Origin: Planctomyces sp.
Lineage (GTDB): Bacteria; Planctomycetota; Planctomycetia; Planctomycetales; Planctomycetaceae
Direction: 5' to 3'
Length of the DNA stretch: 64,000 nt
NCBI GenBank assembly: GCA_005778115.1
Contig: SXKJ01000145.1
Coordinates: forward strand, 13,916 to 77,915
In this document: positions 27,568 through 36,403 of the stretch, piece by piece
Layout: the number at the start of each line of letters is the position of its first letter
Position numbering within the stretch: the stretch's first letter is position 1
Made by a program: the position numbers and the translations under genes
The notes under the pieces: generated by a model
The model's input: only the letters and a program-made list of their open reading frames with translations
Told to the model about the DNA's origin: nothing
Database searches by the model: none

Positions 27568-30500
27568 ATGCAACGAATTGCTTTGTTCGGTCTGTTGCTC
27601 GCCTTGGGCGGCCTTCCCACATCGACAACATTCGCTCAGCAGGCGAATGCGCCGGCTCAGGCAACAGCGGAAGATTCCAAGCAGCTTGATGCCGTTTCGC
27701 AAGAAGCGGCGAAGCTGGAGGCGGACCTGAATAAGTTCAAGGACACGTCGCCGGAGGCTGCGGAGTTGTTGGTCAAGTTGACCGACCTCTATCACCTGCA
27801 TGGGCGAGTGTTCGGCCTGATCCGCGCGGGGCAGCGGTTTTCGGCGGCCCATCCTGGCGATCCGCGAAATCAGGCGGTGATGTTGAAGCTGATCGACGGG
27901 CTGGAGGCGATGTCTCGGCACAAAGAGCTCACGGTTTCGATTCGGCAGTTCATTCAGAAGTACCCGACAGCTCCGCAGAACTTGGAATTGGAAGAGCGAT
28001 TGGCGAAGGCGCTCGACAAGTTGGGTGATCGTGCAAAGGCGGCGGAAACGTATAGAGCGATGTGGCAGCGACAGCCGAATGTGAACGGACGGAAGTTTGG
28101 TGAGGCAGCAGTCGCGCGATTCAATAACGGCACACAGAACGAAATCTTTGAAGGCAACGTGCTCGCCGAGGACATGCTCGACAAGTTGCCGGCCGGTGAG
28201 TTCACGAAGTTGCTGGCGGCGAACGCTCATTACCGTTGGCGACAGTACGGACAGTGGGCGAAGGCCAATACGCTCGGAGCCAAGATGTTGGCCAAGGGGC
28301 TGCCGTACACGCCGGAGGAAACTCGCGAGTTGCAGCGAATGCAGGGTGATCAGTTCAACTATCTCGGCCAATACGCGAACGCGGCGAATCATTATCGACA
28401 GGTGCGGGCTATCCGCGACGACTGGTCGGCGCTGAATCAACTCATCTACTCGATGTACTACTCACAAGCGAAGGGGGCCGAGTTCGAACCGCTTGTGAAT
28501 GAGTTCGACGCGAAGTACCCGGATCGCGAGGAGCGGTTCGAGAAGCGAGCTCTGTTGGCGACGGCGTTGATTCGGGACGGCGACAAAGCTCGCGGGCTGG
28601 AGATGATCAAGCCGATTCTGGCGATCAACCCGTATCACCACAGTATCGCGTCCCTGTTCGTTCAGAACGCCGGAACCGAACCGGCTCAGTTTCAGACGGC
28701 TGAGGCGGTGCTCAAGGACGCTCTGGCCAAGAATCCGAAGTACAACGCCTACTATTTGCGACATTCGCTGGCATTGGAAATCTATCGCGACCGTATGAAG
28801 GACGACGCCAAGTGCAAGGCGATGTGCCGCGAGTTCCTCGATCAAGTCCCCGGCAACGATGGGCATTCGTGGAACATTCTTTCGCACCTGCTGTTCCAGG
28901 CGACGAACGACGCCGAGTTTCAGCAGGACGTGCAGCGTTATCTGGCCGCTCGGCGGAAGAACTTGCACATGGCCACCTTCGCCTCCTACTTGCAGTCCTA
29001 CATTGACCAGGCGAAGCCGAACAAGGAACTGAAGGACCGCGTCGCTTATGCGGTGGCGGAACTCAAGAAGCAAAATGACGATCCAGTCGTCGCGTTGTGG
29101 CTGAAGTGGACTCACAACATTTATTCCGGTCCAGACGCTCAGATTCGGGCAAACTTGCGAGCGAACCACCTCGCCACGTTGCCGGAGCCAATGTGGGAAC
29201 AGCTCATGGCCGAGGATGCGTACTACTTCCGGCATGTGCCTCCGCAAGCAAAGCAGCGTGAGGATTCCGCTCGGACATACCTGCTACTCGCGCAGCGGTT
29301 CCCCAAGAATCGCAGCTACATCGACGAAGCGTTGAGCTCGGTCAGCGATTACGGGCCGATCGACATCAGCAAGCAGATCTTCGACTTATTCGTCGCTCAG
29401 GAACCGTTGCTGAACAACTCGGATCAGTGGCGGCGGTTGTTCATGATTGCCGATCAGCACAAGGACCAATCTCTGGCGAAGCGGACGCTGGAATACATCC
29501 AGAAGTCGCACGCAAAATTCGGCAAGGACAGCGGCTATGCATCGGGCATTGGTGACGCACTAACGCGGCATCAATTACTTGCCGAAGCGACGGCCTACTG
29601 GCAGTTCGGCCGCATGCACGACCGGCAGTCGTACGAGTCCTCCGAATGTGCGGCGCGTCTTTTTGCCCCGCTGAAGACCCCCGATGAACGGATTGCGTTC
29701 GCCAACGAGATGCTGCAAACCAATACGAACTCCAACACGCGATTCGCGCAGTGGGCGGCGAACGCCTACATGGAGAAGGGCGACCTCGCCAGCGTCGAGC
29801 GAGTCACTCGTGATGCGCTGACCAAGCAGCAAGAGAAGTGCTTCCTGGCCGCCAATTGGGACGCGACGCAGTGGTACAACATGGTCTACGGCGTGCGCAC
29901 TCAGCCGGACAAGATGAAGGAGTTGCCGCCCGCCTCGAAGCAGCAGATTTACGCTCTGGTCCGCGACATCAATTTCGATTGGGGTTCGTCGCAGGCTCAG
30001 ATTTATCACCTGGAAGGGCTGACGCCAGCCGAACTCGCTCAAGTGCCGCCGACCAAGCGGCTGCTGATCATCGCCGACGCGACTCGCAAGCTTTACGCGG
30101 ACTCGTATCGCTGGGACCAGATGATGGCCGTCGCGCAGCAAAAGGTGGCGGCCAAGGACTACATCAGCGGGGCGACTCTGCTGACTGGATTGCTGACGAA
30201 CATTCCGCAGGTCGATGAGCCGCGCAAGGCTGTGGCCCGTAACCTCGTCAGTCAGTGTTACACGCGGATTGGCGCAGTCGGCCTGACCATCGACGAGAAG
30301 TCGCCCATCGCGCCACTGTTGCAGGCGGCGATGTATTTGCGGCTGGGTGACGAGCGGCTCGCCATCGAGTCTTACACGGCCAACAAGAAACTGTTCGATG
30401 ACCACCGTGACGAAGTCCCGGTCGATCTCGTGATGTTCGTCTGCCAGAACCTGATGGCGGCGGGGGGCAATGACAACTTGGAGAAGGTCGAAGATACGTT

Positions 30501-33500
30501 GCGCTCCTGGCTGATCAAGAATGAGATGAGCACGACGTATGACGCTGCGACCAAGGCCGGCGTGCAATTGCTGCTGGCGAAGAATTTCTTCACAGCCCAG
30601 CGATACGACGTCGCACGATCCGAATACACGACGGTCATCAATCGTTTCCCGAATACGCCGTATTCGACCGAGGCGGAGTTCGGCATCGGCGAGACGTTCA
30701 TGGCTCAGAAGGTCTACGACCAGGCGGAAGCGGTCTTTGAAAAGCTGGCGACCAGCCGCGAGGCCGACGTCGTCGTGCGAGCGGAATTCCTGCGCGGGGT
30801 GCTCGCGCATCGCCGTGGCGATCAGGATGAGGCGCGGCTCATCTTCCGCAATGTGCTCGACCGAGTACCGAACATCGAACTCGCCAACCAGGCGCTGTTT
30901 AATCTTGCCGAAGTTTATGGCTCGGAAGAGCGATTCATGGATCAGCTCAACCTGCTCCGCACGGTCGGACGGCTGGGGCGATCCAGCAAGCGGTTCCACT
31001 CGCCGGGACAGGCGTTATCGATCGTCGTGCAGGACAGCGACCTGGGCATCAGCCGCGGACACAACAAGATTCCGGTGATCGTCAGGACGATTCCCGGCGG
31101 CGATGAAGAGATCGTTTATCTGACCAGCGGCGGCGCGGGCAAAGGCTTGTTCCGCACCGATCTTGAAACGGCGCTCGGATCCGTCAAGAAGCGTGACAAG
31201 GTGCTGCAACTCACTGGCAAGGATCAGATCAAGTGCGACTATCCGGACGAGTTCAAGAAAGAGTTCAAGAGCGTCCCGCTGTCCGACGTCGAGATCAAGA
31301 TCGCGTCGAACGCGCGGTTTGAAATCGCCAGCCAGAAGATCGTCGATGAAAAGGAAGAAACGTTCTCACAAAAGCTGGCTCGCGAGGAACAGGAGCAGGA
31401 CAACGAACGTAATCGTCGGACTCAAGTGCGGCCGAAGAATCAGGTCAAGCCGGGCAATCAGGTCTTCCTCAAAGTGACCGATCAGGATCGTGATCTGACC
31501 GACGAGCCAGACACCGTCATGGTCAAGCTGACCGCCGACAGCGGCGATCAAGTGCAGGTGGCGGTCAAGGAAACTGGCCCGCACACCGGCGTCTTCGAGG
31601 GGATCGCTCAGACCGGCGAGCTACCGGCCGGGGCGCTCGCCAGCGATACGTCGATCGATCACAGCCCGCTGATGGCGATCGACAAGAAGAAGGAGTCGTA
31701 CTGGCTCAGTGAACCAGACGGAGCCGTCCCCAAGTTTTTGACCATCGACATGAAGGATCTCAATCCGGTCGATCGCGTGAAGATTTGGTCGCCGAAACCG
31801 GACACGCAAATTCCGATTCGCGGAGAATTGCTGGGCAGTAACGACGGCGAATTCTGGTTCCGCCTCGCGTCGCATCCAGAACCGCTGAAGGCCGACAAAT
31901 TGTTCGACGAGTACGCCGCAATGCGCCGCCGCGTCTATGCCGGCATCTTCACGAACTACACAACCTGGGATCAGGTCAAGCAGCTTGCGAAGAGCAACAA
32001 GCCGTCCGAAGAAGAGGACGTCGTCAACGGCCTGACATGGTCGCGAGCCGAAGATGCCGAGGACTCGAAGAAGCCCTATGGAGTCATCTGGTACGGCAAG
32101 CTCGTGCAACCAAGAGCCGGAGCGGCTCGCCTGCAAATTCAAGGGGTGACCACCGCACTGGCGATCGACGGTGTGCTGGAAATGCCGCTTGGCCCGGGCA
32201 ATCGCACGGTCGATGTGTGGCTCGAAAAAGGCTTGCACGACGTGACGATCTTCGCCGCCGTGAATCAGGCGACGCAGATCTCGCAGGCGATCTGGGCGCG
32301 AGCTGACATCAATCGGCAACAAGTTCAACTCGGACCGTTCCTGAAGTCCGATTTCGATCTCGCCCTGGCCGAAGCCCGCGAGGTTGTGCAGACCGCGAAG
32401 CCGGTGGCTACGGAGATCGTGCTCGGCATCGACACGATCAAGCTCACCAAGAAGACCGAGGCTTTTGGCGTCATCAAAGAGCGGAATCCGGCACAGATTG
32501 GTTCTTGGGTCGCGCTGGAAGATTCGGCCGTGTGGGAATTCGACGGTGCTCAGCAGGGCGTCTACGACGTGTATCTGGAATGTGCTCACGGCGGAGGTGG
32601 CGGTTCAACCTTTGATCTCGAATGCGCCGGCACAAAGCTGAAGGGGACTGTCCCGAATACTGGCAATTGGACCGTCGCCCAACTCACACGCTTCGGCACG
32701 ATCATCATCGATAAGCCGGGCAAGCAAACGCTGTCGATCAAGCCGACCGCGATTGCAGGTGGCGGTCTGATGGAACTGCGCTCCGCGAAACTCGTCCCCG
32801 CGATCGACGCTCGCATCGTGCAAACGCCGGGTGCTTGGGAGTTCCGATTCCCGTCAAATGACCTCCGCTACACGCGGTTCAAGATCAACGAATACCTCGG
32901 CGACGCGGTCGCCGTGAATCATGTCGAGATCGGCGGCCGAGGTATCGCCCACTCGAAGGTCGAGGCCGGTAAAGCGGCGGATGACACCGAGCGGCTTTAT
33001 ATCCCGACCGATTCGGACGTGCTCGAACTCTCGAACAACAACACGCTGGAGATCGCCGGCGGCGACATGGTCTCGGCGGGCTACACTGATGAGTTCACGC
33101 AGAACGAGAACTCGAATTCGGTGTTGCTCAGCGAGAAGCTATTCGCGACGTACTTCAACGCGACGGTGGGAGCCATCAACTACGACTTCGTTCGTCTCGA
33201 CAACGGCCAAGTGCAGAACATCACGAAGACCGTCGTGCGGGCCGACCCCGGCGAACGCTTCGTCGTCGAGATCAACGACTACGATCTCGACACGACCATC
33301 GGCCAGGACACGCTCGAATTCGAGGTCTCCGTCAACGACGGCGAGCCGGTCAAGTTGTCGGCTGTCGAACGGGAACTGAACCTGAGCGGCACATTCACGA
33401 AAGAGATCGACACGGTTCTGGCTGGTTCTTCCGCCGCCGAGGCGGACAACACCGAAGGCAAGCTGAAGGTCAAACCGGGCGATCGCATCGTCATCCGGTA

Positions 33501-35583
33501 TCTCGACGCGCAGAACACGTTCCCCGGCCACTCGGTCAAGCGGGAATCGGTCGTGTACATCAACAAGCCGACCACCGCGCAGATTCGGATCGTCGAAACG
33601 CGAGTCCTCCCCGGCAACCCAAAACAGAACACCGCCCCGCAGGCTGTGTATCTCAAGGAAGCGGACGCAAAAGATCGCAAGGAAGTCGCACATGTCGCGT
33701 TCGAGGCTCCGTTGACGATCGAGGTCATCGACCCGGACATGGCCAAGGACAGCAAATCGGAAGTACTCGTCACGCTGACAACGACGGATGGAGCCAAGAT
33801 CGAAGCCCGCTGCGTCGTGAGCGGCCAGCACGCTCACTTCGGCAATTTTCAAGCGGTTGATGCGGAACGCTGGGCTCTCGAAGAGGGCCGTTTCCTCGGT
33901 CAGGTAATTTTGCAACTCGGCAGCAAAGGAAGTGCGGATGTGATTCCGCTCACTTCCGAGATGCCTCGTAACCTGATCGGAGGAGGCAAGCTGGAAGATT
34001 CGCAAACCAACTCTGGCAAGGACCGTAGTTTGGTCACTCGAGTTTTGAACCTCACAGGCAAAGACAAGATCATCGCAACCTATGCTGACGAACGGCGTCC
34101 CGACGCGAAGCCGCGAACGAAAGCCGCCGTGGCTGTGCCAAACGGCGCTGGCACGTCCCCCGCAACAAACGGTGCGACCAAGACGGCTGCTGTGACTCCC
34201 ACAACAAAGCCGGCGATGACAAAAACGGACACCACGAAGTCCACGACCGGAGCAGCGAAGACGGGAACTGGGACCGCGAAGACAACGGCTCCCGCTCAAC
34301 CTGTCGCGCCACCGAAGCCGGAGATTCCGACCGTCACGGCGCAAGCTCGGCTGATCAGCAATGGTGTGCTGGGTGTCGTCGATCGCGACTACGACAATGC
34401 GATCTCTCAACTCCATGTCGGTGAGAAGTTGTACCTGCAAGTCACCGACGCCGATCAAGACTCGTCCGACGAACGCGATCGCGTCGCGGTCGAAATCACC
34501 ACCGAGTTCGGCGAGAAAGAAACGGTCCAATTGGAAGAGACGCTGGCTCACAGCGGCGTCTTCACCGGCTCGCTGCAACTGAAGGCGAACGATAAGCCGA
34601 CGCCCGGCAACTTGAACGCCGATGTGCCGGTCATTGAGTGCTACTTCGGCGACACGCTGAAAGTGAAATACGTCGATCTCGCCGCTAGCACCGAAGATGG
34701 CAAGCTCGAATCGGAGAAGACCATCCCAGTCGTGATCGGCACCGATGGACTCGTGGCTGCGTTCTCAAAGGCGTTCAACGACGAACGGCTCGCGGTCGAA
34801 ACCAAGTTCCACATCGCCGAGAGCTTCTTCGAGTTGTTCAAGTCGCATAAAGCACTCGCCCGCAAGGACGAGGAGTTGGCGGACCTGGAAGCCGGTCGCC
34901 GCATCCTGCAAGAAGTGATGGAAGACTATCCCGATCCGAGGTACGTCCCCCGCATCCAATATCTGCTCGGCCAGTTCGCACAGGAGTTGGGTCAGTGGGA
35001 CGACGCGGTCGATGCCTACGAGCAGATCATCAACCACTACGCCGACCACTTGCTGGCCCCGGATGCGCAGTACAAGCTGGCTCAGTGCTATGAAGAGAAG
35101 GGAGACTTCGACGCGGCGTTGGAGGCTTATGTCACACTCGCCGCGACGTACCCGAAGAGCCCGCTGATCTCCAGCGTGATGATCCGCATCAGCGATCACT
35201 TCTACAAAGCCGAGGAGTATACGATCGCAGCACAAGTCGGTGAGAAGTTCATCGAGAAGTTTGAAGGCCACCAACACGCTCCGAAGATGGCGTTCCGCAT
35301 CGGCCAGTGCTTCTACAAAGCGAAGAAGTACACCGACGCGGGCAAGTCGTTCGACCGCTTCGGCAAGGCATTCCCAGACGACGCTCTCTCCCCGGACGCC
35401 TTGTTCTGGTCCGGCGAGAGCTACCGTATGGGTGGAGCAACCTCCGAAGCCTTCCGTCGCTATAACAACTGCCGCTGGAATCATCCTTCGAGCGAAGCCG
35501 CCAAATTCGCTCGCGGCCGACTCGCGCTGCCAGAGATGTTGCAGCAGTTCGAATCGGAGGCGAACGCGATCGAGAACCAGTAA
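27568..35583 (+). CDS. Giant secreted protein (2671 aa): N-terminal helical/TPR-like region, repeated beta modules, discoidin/PA14/CBM-like domains, Thr/Ala/Pro-rich linker, C-terminal TPR block
   Basis: Internal ATG at 27568 gives the signal peptide MQRIALFGLLLALGGLPTSTTFAQQ. A single uninterrupted frame runs to 35583. The C-terminus has YbgF-like TPRs (YPDPRYVPRIQYLLGQF, YPKSPLISSVMIRISDHFY). The central-region motifs are listed in the findings. Confidence 0.85.
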   Translation: MQRIALFGLLLALGGLPTSTTFAQQANAPAQATAEDSKQLDAVSQEAAKLEADLNKFKDTSPEAAELLVKLTDLYHLHGRVFGLIRAGQRFSAAHPGDPRNQAVMLKLIDGLEAMSRHKELTVSIRQFIQKYPTAPQNLELEERLAKALDKLGDRAKAAETYRAMWQRQPNVNGRKFGEAAVARFNNGTQNEIFEGNVLAEDMLDKLPAGEFTKLLAANAHYRWRQYGQWAKANTLGAKMLAKGLPYTPEETRELQRMQGDQFNYLGQYANAANHYRQVRAIRDDWSALNQLIYSMYYSQAKGAEFEPLVNEFDAKYPDREERFEKRALLATALIRDGDKARGLEMIKPILAINPYHHSIASLFVQNAGTEPAQFQTAEAVLKDALAKNPKYNAYYLRHSLALEIYRDRMKDDAKCKAMCREFLDQVPGNDGHSWNILSHLLFQATNDAEFQQDVQRYLAARRKNLHMATFASYLQSYIDQAKPNKELKDRVAYAVAELKKQNDDPVVALWLKWTHNIYSGPDAQIRANLRANHLATLPEPMWEQLMAEDAYYFRHVPPQAKQREDSARTYLLLAQRFPKNRSYIDEALSSVSDYGPIDISKQIFDLFVAQEPLLNNSDQWRRLFMIADQHKDQSLAKRTLEYIQKSHAKFGKDSGYASGIGDALTRHQLLAEATAYWQFGRMHDRQSYESSECAARLFAPLKTPDERIAFANEMLQTNTNSNTRFAQWAANAYMEKGDLASVERVTRDALTKQQEKCFLAANWDATQWYNMVYGVRTQPDKMKELPPASKQQIYALVRDINFDWGSSQAQIYHLEGLTPAELAQVPPTKRLLIIADATRKLYADSYRWDQMMAVAQQKVAAKDYISGATLLTGLLTNIPQVDEPRKAVARNLVSQCYTRIGAVGLTIDEKSPIAPLLQAAMYLRLGDERLAIESYTANKKLFDDHRDEVPVDLVMFVCQNLMAAGGNDNLEKVEDTLRSWLIKNEMSTTYDAATKAGVQLLLAKNFFTAQRYDVARSEYTTVINRFPNTPYSTEAEFGIGETFMAQKVYDQAEAVFEKLATSREADVVVRAEFLRGVLAHRRGDQDEARLIFRNVLDRVPNIELANQALFNLAEVYGSEERFMDQLNLLRTVGRLGRSSKRFHSPGQALSIVVQDSDLGISRGHNKIPVIVRTIPGGDEEIVYLTSGGAGKGLFRTDLETALGSVKKRDKVLQLTGKDQIKCDYPDEFKKEFKSVPLSDVEIKIASNARFEIASQKIVDEKEETFSQKLAREEQEQDNERNRRTQVRPKNQVKPGNQVFLKVTDQDRDLTDEPDTVMVKLTADSGDQVQVAVKETGPHTGVFEGIAQTGELPAGALASDTSIDHSPLMAIDKKKESYWLSEPDGAVPKFLTIDMKDLNPVDRVKIWSPKPDTQIPIRGELLGSNDGEFWFRLASHPEPLKADKLFDEYAAMRRRVYAGIFTNYTTWDQVKQLAKSNKPSEEEDVVNGLTWSRAEDAEDSKKPYGVIWYGKLVQPRAGAARLQIQGVTTALAIDGVLEMPLGPGNRTVDVWLEKGLHDVTIFAAVNQATQISQAIWARADINRQQVQLGPFLKSDFDLALAEAREVVQTAKPVATEIVLGIDTIKLTKKTEAFGVIKERNPAQIGSWVALEDSAVWEFDGAQQGVYDVYLECAHGGGGGSTFDLECAGTKLKGTVPNTGNWTVAQLTRFGTIIIDKPGKQTLSIKPTAIAGGGLMELRSAKLVPAIDARIVQTPGAWEFRFPSNDLRYTRFKINEYLGDAVAVNHVEIGGRGIAHSKVEAGKAADDTERLYIPTDSDVLELSNNNTLEIAGGDMVSAGYTDEFTQNENSNSVLLSEKLFATYFNATVGAINYDFVRLDNGQVQNITKTVVRADPGERFVVEINDYDLDTTIGQDTLEFEVSVNDGEPVKLSAVERELNLSGTFTKEIDTVLAGSSAAEADNTEGKLKVKPGDRIVIRYLDAQNTFPGHSVKRESVVYINKPTTAQIRIVETRVLPGNPKQNTAPQAVYLKEADAKDRKEVAHVAFEAPLTIEVIDPDMAKDSKSEVLVTLTTTDGAKIEARCVVSGQHAHFGNFQAVDAERWALEEGRFLGQVILQLGSKGSADVIPLTSEMPRNLIGGGKLEDSQTNSGKDRSLVTRVLNLTGKDKIIATYADERRPDAKPRTKAAVAVPNGAGTSPATNGATKTAAVTPTTKPAMTKTDTTKSTTGAAKTGTGTAKTTAPAQPVAPPKPEIPTVTAQARLISNGVLGVVDRDYDNAISQLHVGEKLYLQVTDADQDSSDERDRVAVEITTEFGEKETVQLEETLAHSGVFTGSLQLKANDKPTPGNLNADVPVIECYFGDTLKVKYVDLAASTEDGKLESEKTIPVVIGTDGLVAAFSKAFNDERLAVETKFHIAESFFELFKSHKALARKDEELADLEAGRRILQEVMEDYPDPRYVPRIQYLLGQFAQELGQWDDAVDAYEQIINHYADHLLAPDAQYKLAQCYEEKGDFDAALEAYVTLAATYPKSPLISSVMIRISDHFYKAEEYTIAAQVGEKFIEKFEGHQHAPKMAFRIGQCFYKAKKYTDAGKSFDRFGKAFPDDALSPDALFWSGESYRMGGATSEAFRRYNNCRWNHPSSEAAKFARGRLALPEMLQQFESEANAIENQ

Positions 35584-35632
35584 CGATTCAGTGCTGTCAG
35601 TCGCCACACCAGAACAACGCGAGGACATTGCC

Positions 35633-35977
35633 ATGTCAGCCGTCAAGGAAACCGCTGGAGAACTCCTTGAGCCTCTTTCGGATGAATCGTCTCAGAAAGA
35701 AGCTCAGTATCGACTGTATGTGCGACAGACTATCGAGCAGGGGCTAGCTGACGTGGAAGCAGGAAGAGTTATCTCTCACGGCGAAGCCAAGCGTCAAATC
35801 GTTCCCGTTTTTGTCGAACGCGATCTCAGTGATCCGAATGACGATGCTTCCTACTGGCGTTCGCGTCCTGCGGAAGAACGAATCGCTGCGTTGGAAGAGA
35901 TCCGCGCGGAATACCACCATTTGTTAGGCGATGCTGAATCAAGACTTCAAAGAGTTTTTACAGTCGTTGAACACTAA
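35633..35977 (+). CDS. Small antitoxin-like protein (114 aa), partner of the downstream nucleotidyltransferase-fold gene
   Basis: Internal ATG at 35633. QTIEQGLADVEAGRVISHGEAKRQI resembles addiction-module antitoxin tails. The C-terminus is RPAEERIAALEEIRAEY...RLQRVFTVVEH. It overlaps the next gene by 47 nt. Confidence 0.5.
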   Translation: MSAVKETAGELLEPLSDESSQKEAQYRLYVRQTIEQGLADVEAGRVISHGEAKRQIVPVFVERDLSDPNDDASYWRSRPAEERIAALEEIRAEYHHLLGDAESRLQRVFTVVEH

Positions 35978-36359
35978 CGGCGTCAGGTACTTGGTGATTG
36001 GCGGTTACGCGGTGGCGTTTCACGGGCACCCGCGCTACACGAAGGATATTGACGTCTGGATTGATCGGTCGGAGGAAAATGCCGCACGCTTGGTGAAGGC
36101 CCTGGATGATTTTGGGTTCGGCTCGTTGAATCTGGCGGCCGAAAGATTTCTGAAACCTCACAAGGTTTTTCAATTGGGAATCCCTCCCCGACGGATCGAC
36201 ATTTTGACTTCTCCCATCGGAGTCGAGTTTGACGGTTGCCATTCACGCCGGGTTGAGCAGACTATCAACGGAGTACTCGTTCCGTTTATCGGCCTGGAAG
36301 ACCTGAAGATGGCCAAACAATCCGCCGGAAGACATCAAGACCTCGACAACTTGTCGTAA
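35931..36359 (+). CDS. Minimal nucleotidyltransferase-fold protein (142 aa)
   Basis: LVIGGYAVAFHGHPRYTKDIDVWI is a G-G...D-I-D motif. The C-terminus is GLEDLKMAKQSAGRHQDLDNL. Confidence 0.6.
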   Translation: MLNQDFKEFLQSLNTNGVRYLVIGGYAVAFHGHPRYTKDIDVWIDRSEENAARLVKALDDFGFGSLNLAAERFLKPHKVFQLGIPPRRIDILTSPIGVEFDGCHSRRVEQTINGVLVPFIGLEDLKMAKQSAGRHQDLDNLS

Positions 36360-36403
36360 TTGTTTTCACCCGCAAACTAATCCCGCCTTCGAATGATTGC
36401 ACG

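Noticed and set aside
27415-34578. Several long minus-strand ORFs inside the giant gene (27415..28440, 28462..29247, 29575..30999, 31621..32589, 33139..34578).
   Set aside because: All are antisense to one continuous 8-kb + strand frame with a signal peptide, TPRs and recognisable domains. Their products are low-complexity (R, L, D, H rich). They are treated as shadow ORFs.
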